Assembly: GCA_977018835.1 (NCBI GenBank)
Contig: OZ361261.1
Location: forward strand, 1,736,001-1,800,000
Source of the DNA: Minutocellus sp. GHC0000111
Taxonomy: Eukaryota
Direction of reading: 5' to 3'
Length of the DNA stretch: 64,000 nucleotides
The notes under the pieces: model-generated
Seen by the model: only the letters and a program-made list of their open reading frames with translations
The model's database searches: none
What the model was told of the DNA's origin: nothing
Program-made: the position numbers and the translations under genes
In this document: positions 10,191-18,754 of the stretch, in pieces
Layout: each line of letters opens with the position of its first letter
How positions within the stretch are numbered: position 1 is the first letter of the stretch

Positions 10191-13100
10191 CTATCGCTGT
10201 GCATCCAACCACTTTTGGAAGACAGCACTGCTCACGTGCACGGTTCCTTGGCCGAATTGAGGGATGGTACTGTATAGGGGTGGATCATAGTCTTCTCGTA
10301 GGATTTGCCGGACGTATTCTCGAAGTGCGGTATTTCCTCGGCCTCTTTGACCAAAGGACGTTTGCGGATACTCGCCCTGATCAGAATTGTCGTCATTTTG
10401 CTCTTGGGTCTGGTCGGGAGAAGACTGCTGGGCCACACCGACGCCCGTGATTAATTGAAGATCTTCGCAAAGACTCTCGCCGCTTTCGACTGCTTTCCGG
10501 GCACGTTGGACGATATGACGGCATGCTGCATGAGCGACGGGGATGGACATTCCACTGAGATCAACCTCCCATAGCGAATCGAGAGAGTCGCCGGGTAGGA
10601 TGATACCGAGCTCGATGGCCTCGTCGAAGACTTCGTCCATTCGTTCTCGATTTTCAGCGCCCTCGGATCGATCGAGGGTAGCTATCACATCGGTGAGGGT
10701 GATGATATCCGGGGAAAGCTTTGGGTCGGAAGTTGCCGTTGCATAGGGCTTTGACTTGGATTTAGACGCCGGTCTGGCCTTGCCGCCACCGCCTTGCTTC
10801 TTTGTGCTGCGCCCGCACATTTCTCCCCAGATTTCATATGCCTTGTCCGGCTGCATACCAATCCGCAGCGCAGAAACAACAGCATTATACGAAATACGGT
10901 CCGCTTGCAATCCGTCGTTCCTCATTTCCTCAAACAGCCGAAGAGCGTGCTCCCATTCGCCGGCTCGGCCGCATGCGGAAACCGCAGCGGTGTAGGTGAT
11001 TCGATTTGGACGCGTCTTGGGCCCACCCTTCTTCATTTGGGACATGAGATCTAGAGCTTCCTTCCAACGACCGGCCGATGCGCACGCACTGATGGCTCCA
11101 CTGTAGCTATAGGCATCGGGCTCTACACCTTCCTTCTTCATTTGTTCGAGAAGATCGAGCGCCTTGGTCGAGAGCTCGTCTGCGATGCCTTCCCCACCGA
11201 CCGTCCCCTTCAAATTTCGCCTTGCGGCTTTTGCCAGGGCACTGATGGTTGACGAATACGTGATCACATTGATTGGCATTCCCTTCATCCTCATTTGGTT
11301 TAGAAGCTCCATCGCCCGCTGCCATTGACCGCCATTGCCACAAGCCGTGATTGCGACGCTGTACGTCACCTCAGACGGCTGCACTCCACGAGTTCGCATC
11401 TCGTCCAATATGTCCAGAGCCTTTCTCCACATCTTGCCCTTGGCACAAGCATCGATGGCCGCCGTATATGCATATACATCAGGTTTGAGGCCCAAATCTT
11501 GCAGCACCTCTAGAAGCTCGATCGCATCTTTGTACTTTCTAGCGCGGGCACAGGCTCGCATGGCATTCGTGTACGTAATGATATCGGGATCAACCCCGGG
11601 CTCGCGTTGACATTGCTGAAGTAAGCTCATTGAGTCCTTCCACCGACCCGCGCTGGCACAAGCTGAAATCAGTGCATTGAAGGTAACGACGTCGGGCTTG
11701 ATACTCAGGGACCGCATCTTCTTAAGAAGTGCCATCGCTTGGCCAACTTCTCTCGCCTTGGCACAGGCAGAAATGATGATGTTGTAGATCCTGGTTGACT
11801 GCGGCACCTCCCACTCCTCCATGAGGTCGAGGAGCTGGAGTGCCCGACGCCATTGTGACCGTTTTAGCAGCCCTCGAACCACAAGCTCAAAAGTATGCGA
11901 CGTCGGATCTGCGCCCTTATCCCGCATCGACATGAGGAGGGTGACGGCCTGCTCCGACTCGGCGGCCGACACGCATGCCTCCAACGCATGATGATAAGTC
12001 ACCAACGTCGGCCGGGGATGCACCCGCTTTGAAGCTTCGGCTGTTTTGACATTGGCGCCACCGGCAGCGCCTCCTTTGTTACTACTTCCCTGGCCCTTTT
12101 CCATCAGGGCTAGAAACTGCACCGCTTCCTTCCAATTCTTCTCCTCCTTCATTGCACTCATGACTGCATTGTATGCATCGACGCTCATAAAATTTGAGGT
12201 GTCGATATCGGCGGTTTCTTCAACCTTGTCATGTTTCGTATTGTCCACCGGAAGCTGGAGCAGCTGCTCGGCACTGCGCAGCACCAAGGCCTTGGCATTC
12301 CTCCACCGTCCACCGCGGCACATTGTCTTGACCGCCAACGTCACATCGTCGGCATAGGGCTCCACCCCAGCCTGTCGCATGGCCTTGAGTATCTCTTGTG
12401 CAGATACACCGTTGTTCACCTTGGAGCACTGCTCCAAGCATGCTCGATAGGACGATCGGGTCTGAGAGAGTCCCTGATCCTTCATTACCGCCAATACTTC
12501 CAATACCGAATCCCATTCGTCCGTGGCAACGCACAACCCCAGCAACTCGTCGCAGTAGGATTCTGATGAGATTGGACAATGAAAGGCGCATGCAACGATT
12601 AGTAAACGTAGGAGGAGATATGAATACACAATATGCACATACATTTTCCGAACGCAAGTGCCATCCAAGCTACTGTCTAACTCACGCGATAGCTCCTCCC
12701 CCTGCCCATTCCTTTGCTGCGTCTCCTCCAACTTGGACCGGAGCTCCAGGTGCTGCTCCCTGCTCTTGGCCGTTTCCGCCGCACTTCTTGCGACGGGCCT
12801 GGCCGATGATTGTCGGTTCGGACTGCTGCTGTTTCGTCTTGCATTTTGATTCTTGTTATTTCTTCTTTTGCCTTTGCTTTGCGACGATGATGATGTGCCG
12901 GCAGCAGAGCGACGCTTGTTGTTACTGTTTCTGCCGGACCTCCGACGCTTGTTACCGCCGCCATTATTGTTGTTCGCACCGCTCCCGCCGCCGCCGTACA
13001 CGTTGACTATGCTATCCGCCGACGGCTGGTTGGACAGGTGCAATGCCGTTGCTGCGGCGTTTGACACATGCTGCGCTACCGATGACGTACTACCACTCGC

Positions 13101-13196
13101 CGAGCCGATGGGCGAGAAGGCGTCCACTCCCAGATGAGACGATGGGCCGATCAGGGAAGACGACAGGACTAGCGCCGCAATTAGAGACGACGACAT
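10191..13196 (-). CDS. Pentatricopeptide-repeat protein with C-terminal Smr-like domain, plastid-type presequence; probable 99-nt intron 12563-12661
   Basis: More than 10 PPR repeats (e.g. PDVVTFNALISACASAGRW) and the C-terminal EVDLSGMS..A / LITGVG Smr signature. The N-terminal hydrophobic stretch is followed by VDA-FSP. Confidence 0.9.
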   Translation of the reverse strand: MSSSLIAALVLSSSLIGPSSHLGVDAFSPIGSASGSTSSVAQHVSNAAATALHLSNQPSADSIVNVYGGGGSGANNNNGGGNKRRRSGRNSNNKRRSAAGTSSSSQSKGKRRNNKNQNARRNSSSPNRQSSARPVARSAAETAKSREQHLELRSKLEETQQRNGQGEELSRELDSSLDGTCVRKMYVHIVYSYLLLRLLIVACAFHCPISSESYCDELLGLCVATDEWDSVLEVLAVMKDQGLSQTRSSYRACLEQCSKVNNGVSAQEILKAMRQAGVEPYADDVTLAVKTMCRGGRWRNAKALVLRSAEQLLQLPVDNTKHDKVEETADIDTSNFMSVDAYNAVMSAMKEEKNWKEAVQFLALMEKGQGSSNKGGAAGGANVKTAEASKRVHPRPTLVTYHHALEACVSAAESEQAVTLLMSMRDKGADPTSHTFELVVRGLLKRSQWRRALQLLDLMEEWEVPQSTRIYNIIISACAKAREVGQAMALLKKMRSLSIKPDVVTFNALISACASAGRWKDSMSLLQQCQREPGVDPDIITYTNAMRACARARKYKDAIELLEVLQDLGLKPDVYAYTAAIDACAKGKMWRKALDILDEMRTRGVQPSEVTYSVAITACGNGGQWQRAMELLNQMRMKGMPINVITYSSTISALAKAARRNLKGTVGGEGIADELSTKALDLLEQMKKEGVEPDAYSYSGAISACASAGRWKEALDLMSQMKKGGPKTRPNRITYTAAVSACGRAGEWEHALRLFEEMRNDGLQADRISYNAVVSALRIGMQPDKAYEIWGEMCGRSTKKQGGGGKARPASKSKSKPYATATSDPKLSPDIITLTDVIATLDRSEGAENRERMDEVFDEAIELGIILPGDSLDSLWEVDLSGMSIPVAHAACRHIVQRARKAVESGESLCEDLQLITGVGVAQQSSPDQTQEQNDDNSDQGEYPQTSFGQRGRGNTALREYVRQILREDYDPPLYSTIPQFGQGTVHVSSAVFQKWLDAQR

Positions 13197-13689
13197 GGTG
13201 AGGGATGGGGCGGAATTGTTCGAGATGGGTGCGTCCAAAGGGTGCAGAACGGCGAGGGGTATGACTCACTCCAAGTCGCCGTTTACGGCGCGGCGCGGGT
13301 GAAATCGAACGGCCGAATGCGAAACGAACAAATCAACATGGTCTGTCTGCACCCCGTCAAATCAGCTGCTCGCGCCATGCATGGAAAAAGCTCGCGGCCT
13401 CGGGCAATTATTGGCGTGACCCTTGTGTCACAATCGCGTCGAAAGCAAGAGTCAATACGATTACAGAAGGGAGCCCATTGTTCGGATCGATTCGATTGGA
13501 TTCGATTCCGCACAAGGACATCACACTCAAGTGAGGCCAAATAAAGGATGCAGAGAATAAAACATACTGCGTAAGCAATCCGACCTTATTTACTTTTGGC
13601 CCATTCGTTCACGCACTCTTTCTGGTGGCCGCATCGCCAGCAATAGTACTTTATCCTGCTCACAGATCCCGCAAACAGCTCCAACGATC

Positions 13690-13844
13690 ATGTCCGTTCT
13701 CACTCGAGAGGACATTGAAGCGACGACGATTATTTTGGCCGAAATTGAACATGTCGATAGGGAGATCGAGGCGACGATTCGAAGAATACGAGAACTCAAG
13801 AAGAATCGTCGGTCGCTGACGGAGGAGTTGGAAGAATTGCACAT

Positions 13845-13877
<33 letters not shown>

Positions 13878-14151
13878 GGAGGAGGAGGAGGAGGAGGAGG
13901 AGGAGGGAGAAGTCGAAACATCATCGCCGCCGACCCCAACCTCTCAAAATAAATGTGGCGGTGCTACCAGAAGTACGCGACAAGTCTCCGAAGAGCCAAA
14001 ATTGTCGAAAGAGACCGCATCGTTGAGTACATGTACCGGTAAGAAGGAGGAGGAAACATCGCCTCGCATCAGCCTACTCGCCCTGCGCTCACAAGACGAC
14101 ACGGAAGGCGATGGACTAGTGCAAAATCAAGTTCGCTCTCGCGTTGCATAG
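13690..14151 (+). CDS. Small coiled-coil protein with polyQ/polyE; paralog of 15987-17411
   Basis: 153-aa ORF. It shares EIE..D.EIEAT.R..REL..NR and the C-terminal DGLVQNQV..RVA with 15987-17411. Confidence 0.7.
13846..13905 (+). repeat. Compound microsatellite (CAA)10CAG(GAG)9 encoding Q11E9
   Basis: Read directly from the sequence. Confidence 0.95.
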
Positions 14152-14398
14152 GACTCGAAAATCAGGGAGATCAACAGGCCTATCTACACGCATGAAACAC
14201 GGATTTGCTATATATCAGATTCAGAAATTCATGTAATAGGAATTCCTAGGAGGGTATATTATTCGATCGCGTCTTTGATACAATCGTAGCTTCGGCTGCT
14301 CTCTGCTCTGTCTCTAGCTACTACGTAGATGGATAACTAGCTAGAATACCTAATCTACCTACAAAGTGTAACTTCCACCGGAATGACAAGTTCTCTGT

Positions 14399-15490
14399 CT
14401 ACTTTCCACCACCGCCACCACCGGCATTCTGGTTGAAGGAGATGCTGTAGCTGCCCGTATTGGGATCCTGCAGGGCATTGAAATTGTCCAGCGACAGGCC
14501 AAAGTTGCCGAGTATGCTGTTTCCTAAATCCTTGAGCTTGCCCAGCGTTTCCTCCTTGAGCTTCTCCAACCGCTCGTCCTCGATCTTTTGCAACCGGGCC
14601 ACCTCCCTCCTCGCGGCGGCGCTGCGCGGGTCGATCTCCAGCGCCACCTTGGCGTCCTTGAGGGCGTCCTCGGTCTGCTCCAGGACCTCGTGGGCCGACG
14701 CGCGGCGCAGGTAGGCCTTGACGTACTTGGGATTGAGCATGATGGCCACGGTGCAGTCCTCGACGCAGTCCGCCGGACGGTTCAGGTGGAGCGAGCACGC
14801 CGCGCGGTTGGCGTGGTAAATGGCGAGCTTGGAACCGTGCGGGTGCTCCGGGGGTTGAAACACGGCCGGTTTAGCGGCGTCGCCAGTATCCTCACCTTCT
14901 TGTTTGCCATTGTCGTCGTCCTCCTCAGTATCATCACCATCGCGATCGCTCGCGCTATCGTCACTGTCCTCCTCCTCTTCTTCCCCAATCCGAGCCCGTG
15001 CCCTCTGCCGCCGCTTCTCAGCCTCCTTCCGATCGACCTCCCTGCGCCGGTCCATCTCCTCCCGATGACGCTGTGCCGCCTTCTCCCGCTCGGCCTCCTC
15101 GAACTCCTCCCGCATTTTCAGCAGCTGCTCCCCGGTCGGTTCTCCGGGACAAGCCTCGATGGCGTCGGTGTAGGAGTCGTGGGCGTCGAGATAGTCCCCC
15201 GCCTTGAAGGAGGCGTTGCCCTCCGCCTTGGACGCCTCCGACTTGGCAAGGGGGTCGGGAGGTCCGTCGGCATCGGCGGCTTCGGCGGCTGCGGCATCGG
15301 CGTCGGTCGTGGAGGAATCGGCAGCAGCGGTCGTCGCGTGCGGCTCGTCTCGTGCCGCAACGGTAGCCCCACCTCCGAGCTCGTAAATTACGTCGGCGTT
15401 ACCGTCGCCGCTGCTTTTCACACCGTCATCGCCGAGTGCGTCGAGGTCAAACCCCTCCGAGGAGAAGTTGGTGGCTTGCCGGGCGGTCAT
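14399..15490 (-). CDS. TTC1: Tetratricopeptide repeat protein 1-like
   Basis: Three TPRs (KAEGNASFKAGDY; NRAACSL..; YVKAYLRRA) and the TTC1-type C-terminus LGKLKDLGNSILGNFGLSLDNF..QDPNTGSYSISF. Confidence 0.9.
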   Translation of the reverse strand: MTARQATNFSSEGFDLDALGDDGVKSSGDGNADVIYELGGGATVAARDEPHATTAAADSSTTDADAAAAEAADADGPPDPLAKSEASKAEGNASFKAGDYLDAHDSYTDAIEACPGEPTGEQLLKMREEFEEAEREKAAQRHREEMDRRREVDRKEAEKRRQRARARIGEEEEEDSDDSASDRDGDDTEEDDDNGKQEGEDTGDAAKPAVFQPPEHPHGSKLAIYHANRAACSLHLNRPADCVEDCTVAIMLNPKYVKAYLRRASAHEVLEQTEDALKDAKVALEIDPRSAAARREVARLQKIEDERLEKLKEETLGKLKDLGNSILGNFGLSLDNFNALQDPNTGSYSISFNQNAGGGGGGK

Positions 15491-15986
15491 GGGGGGGGGG
15501 GGGCAGTGATGCAGCGAAATAATGAGCACATTCATGCAAGCCGTAGTAGGAACCTAGCCGGCATGGCATCGGCGCAGGCGCTGACCTGCCGGCAGCCTCC
15601 ACGCGGAACGGGCTATTCCGGGTGTTTTCTTCGGAAATCATATCAGGCCTCAGAAATTGCAAAATCGCGAAATGTCACAAACTCGGATGGGCTGGGGTAA
15701 TCCCGTGTCTCGTCGTCGTTGCAATTGTCGCCGGTGAAGTGAGAGAGTGGAAAACGCGAACCTGCACAGAGGCCAAAAATCGAGAAATGGCATTGGGGAA
15801 TTACGATTTCGTGGGAGCACATTTGCGCACCCTCAAACTTCAAGGCCTCATGTACGGCCGTAGTAGGTAACTGCGGCATAGCACAATCAAAAGGCAAGGA
15901 CTTGGGGTAGGTCCGGTCCATTAATCAACACAATAAGCCCATTGCTTATCGTTACGCGCAGCTCGTGACTACGTACGAACACAGAG

Positions 15987-17411
15987 ATGATGAAGAGTAC
16001 ATTGAGGCCCGAAACGGCGAGCAGTCTCAGTCGATCCCTGCCAGTCCGCGAGAAGAAGGAATCGAAAGAGCTCGTCCTTCAACAATCGTCAAAGCATGCC
16101 AATGGGACTCGTGCTAATAGTGCTAACGTCAGAGGAACGGCACAAAGAACCAGACCACACACAGCAAGTGGACGAAATAATACGACCGGCGATGCGTCCA
16201 TCGCCGATCCTGTCGGTGCAGCAGGCGTCAGCTCCAAACAATATTTTGGGAGTACTGTGAGTGCAGGAGTTCAGAATAAAAAACACGATCTCGCCGAGGT
16301 TGCTGCTAGAAGCTGTGCCGGCACTAGCAGAAGGAGGCAAGGTGGTGGCAATGCAAGAAGTAGCAGCTGCAAGCAAAAACAGTCAAACAAACATGCAGCA
16401 AGTAGGGATAACATTAGGCCGACCGGCGCCCATGAAGCCTCTTCTGGCGCGGAAGGTGACACTGCTGCCTCGCATCGTCGAAGGAAGGCGCCGTCTACCA
16501 ACAACCCCCCGCCACCGTCTGCGACGTCCTCGTCGTCGTCCTTGCTTAGCGCCACATCCCGTCGTTCTTCGTCTCAGATTCTTGCAGATTCGTTGAAAGC
16601 GAGCAAAACAGCACCCTCTCGACTTTATTCGTCGCTGCCTCTCCTGCGCGAGGACGACTTCGTCCAGCACCGACGAGGACAACGAAGTCTCTCCGAAGGC
16701 GCCGGCATTGAACAACCATCCACCGATGCCGATGAAGATGTCAATACTTCCTTTGCGTCTCGGAGATCGACCAGCCACAGCGCCGTCTTGGCCCTTGCAA
16801 GAGAGTACGAACTCGTCGAGCAGAGAGAAGAGGAGGCCCACAACGAACAGGTCGAAGTCAACCAAGCCTCTGACTCCGACCGAGCTTTGGACGGTGGAGA
16901 CGACGAAACAGTTCAGGCGTCTGGAAATAGCAACAACCGGACTTTGGCTCCGCGTGGTAAGGAACAGTCCCGTCCTAAAACTACATGTGCTGCACATGAA
17001 CCTAGCAGTACTCGGAAGGCGATTCGAGTCGCAGAGATCGAGGACAATATCGAAATCATGGACAAGGAAATTGAAGCGACGATGCGAAAGCTACGCGAGC
17101 TCCAAGAGAACCGCAAGGTGCTAGTGGCTGACCTAATGGCCGCGTCTCATGAGAATGGCGCTGGCGTTCCGATCATACCGGAAGAAGTTTCATTCAACCA
17201 AAGTACCGGTAGCTCTAGTCGGCGAAAGAACAACACGCCAAGTAAAGGACAAGATTCGTCGTCGTCTCGGTCGACGAGACCAACAAAGAAGGATGTATCC
17301 TCGTGGAGGGAGAAGGAAGCGGCACATTCCAACAGAACTCTAGCGTTACTTACCGAAGATGGCGAGGACGATGGTCTTGTCCAGAATCAAGTTCAGCCTC
17401 GAGTTGCCTAG
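15987..17411 (+). CDS. Low-complexity protein with short coiled coil; paralog of 13690-14151
   Basis: 474-aa ORF sharing the coiled-coil block and the C-terminal EDDGLVQNQVQPRVA. Confidence 0.7.
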   Translation: MMKSTLRPETASSLSRSLPVREKKESKELVLQQSSKHANGTRANSANVRGTAQRTRPHTASGRNNTTGDASIADPVGAAGVSSKQYFGSTVSAGVQNKKHDLAEVAARSCAGTSRRRQGGGNARSSSCKQKQSNKHAASRDNIRPTGAHEASSGAEGDTAASHRRRKAPSTNNPPPPSATSSSSSLLSATSRRSSSQILADSLKASKTAPSRLYSSLPLLREDDFVQHRRGQRSLSEGAGIEQPSTDADEDVNTSFASRRSTSHSAVLALAREYELVEQREEEAHNEQVEVNQASDSDRALDGGDDETVQASGNSNNRTLAPRGKEQSRPKTTCAAHEPSSTRKAIRVAEIEDNIEIMDKEIEATMRKLRELQENRKVLVADLMAASHENGAGVPIIPEEVSFNQSTGSSSRRKNNTPSKGQDSSSSRSTRPTKKDVSSWREKEAAHSNRTLALLTEDGEDDGLVQNQVQPRVA

Positions 17412-17702
17412 ATCTACATATGTAGATCTGAGAGAGGTGATAGACATAGAGATCTAGTCTAGTGGCAGCGCCTGCCGACCAGAATTTTGATCGCAGTAAC
17501 AATACTGTAAAATGTACATAGACATCAGGTTTTGATTGAACCAAATTAATTAAATTCCAAGTATCGCCGGCAATCCCAAATCTCAACTTTCTCTTGAACA
17601 TTCGCCATTCTCAGCTCAGAAGAAGACACGGTGGTAGACTCTAGATCTAGGAATTTCCTAGATCTACTACATGTGTACCGGTACTTTTACTTACAGTCCG
17701 TT

Positions 17703-17881
17703 CTCACCTACAGCTCTGTAAGCAATTGGTAGATCTAATTGCTTACAGTATAGGTGAGGGCTGAGATTCTGAGCATATTGCTTATCTATAAGAGCAAATT
17801 GGTACATGTACCTCATTCGCATGTTATTCCTTAATCCAAAATAAGCAATTTGAGGCCTCGGGCCCGAGTCTCAATTGCTTA
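17703..17881. repeat. Two imperfect hairpins built on a shared TAAGCAATT/AATTGCTTA arm
   Basis: CTCACCTA..CTGTAAGCAATT (17703-17727) pairs with AATTGCTTACAG..TAGGTGAG (17737-17758). TAAGCAATT..CTCGGGCCCGAG..AATTGCTTA spans 17842-17881. Confidence 0.8.
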
Positions 17882-17899
17882 CATGTATTATACTCTACA

Positions 17900-18094
17900 C
17901 TAGCGTCGCTTCGCGTCGCTCGTCAGCGACGGCTGGGCTCCGCTTCGCTCCGTCCGCCTTTTTAAAGTCTCTCGCGAGCTCGCGTTCGCTTTAGCACTTC
18001 CGCGAGCTCGCTTCGCTCCGCTTCGTGTCGCACCTGCGAAGTTTGCTGCTCGCGAGCTCCCAAAAATGAAATTATTCCTTTCATTATAACTAGA
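17900..18094 (-). mobile_element. Candidate short non-autonomous Helitron-like element
   Basis: The minus strand begins TCTAGTTATAATG, contains repeated GCGAAGC and GAGCTCGCG hairpin motifs, and ends with a GC hairpin then CTAG|T. The 5' flank is T rather than the canonical A. Confidence 0.35.
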
Positions 18095-18754
18095 AAGTCA
18101 GACGACGGTACTTACTTATTCATCTACGTGTGGATGTGCCATTCTCTGCACATGTAGATCTACTAGAGAGTCTACCGTGCGTTGGCCAGGCCGGACTTCA
18201 CTCTCGGGGCCCCACAGATCGTCTATCCGTCTTTCCACCGCCGGCCGGCACAAATGCGACGTTTTTAGTATGCGTTGAAGAGGCGGTGCGCGCCGGCAGG
18301 TGCACCAAGAGGGGCGGGGGGATCCCCCAATTCACTTACTGGACCGCCAAGCCGCCCCGCCCCGCGCGCCCTGTGGGGACATCTCTTGCCTCCTTCGCGG
18401 GTCACACGATCGATGGCGGCACAGCGATACTCACATAAGGGCGACGAACGAAAAGAAACTGCCCGACTGCCCGAGGGTCCGTCGAAAGACTGCATCGACC
18501 AATCATTCAATTGATATTGTAGCACGTCTCCCAACATAAACGCTTAGAGACGTGAAAATATAGCAGATCAATCAACTTGACTTGCAAAGAACAACCGAAG
18601 AAAAGACATTTTTCATTTATTGCGCCAAAAGCGGCCGTGGAAAGAAAGAACGAAGACATTTATCACCATTGGAGTGCTGCCCCTTACCCCCATTTCTCAA
18701 TAGCTGCACCAGTCATTGTCGTCGCCCACGCACAAAGTCAGTACAAAAGACACC

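Noticed and set aside
17640..18130. CRISPR-like array
   Set aside because: The repeats are short inverted motifs without constant-length repeats and unique spacers, there are no cas genes, and the context is eukaryotic.
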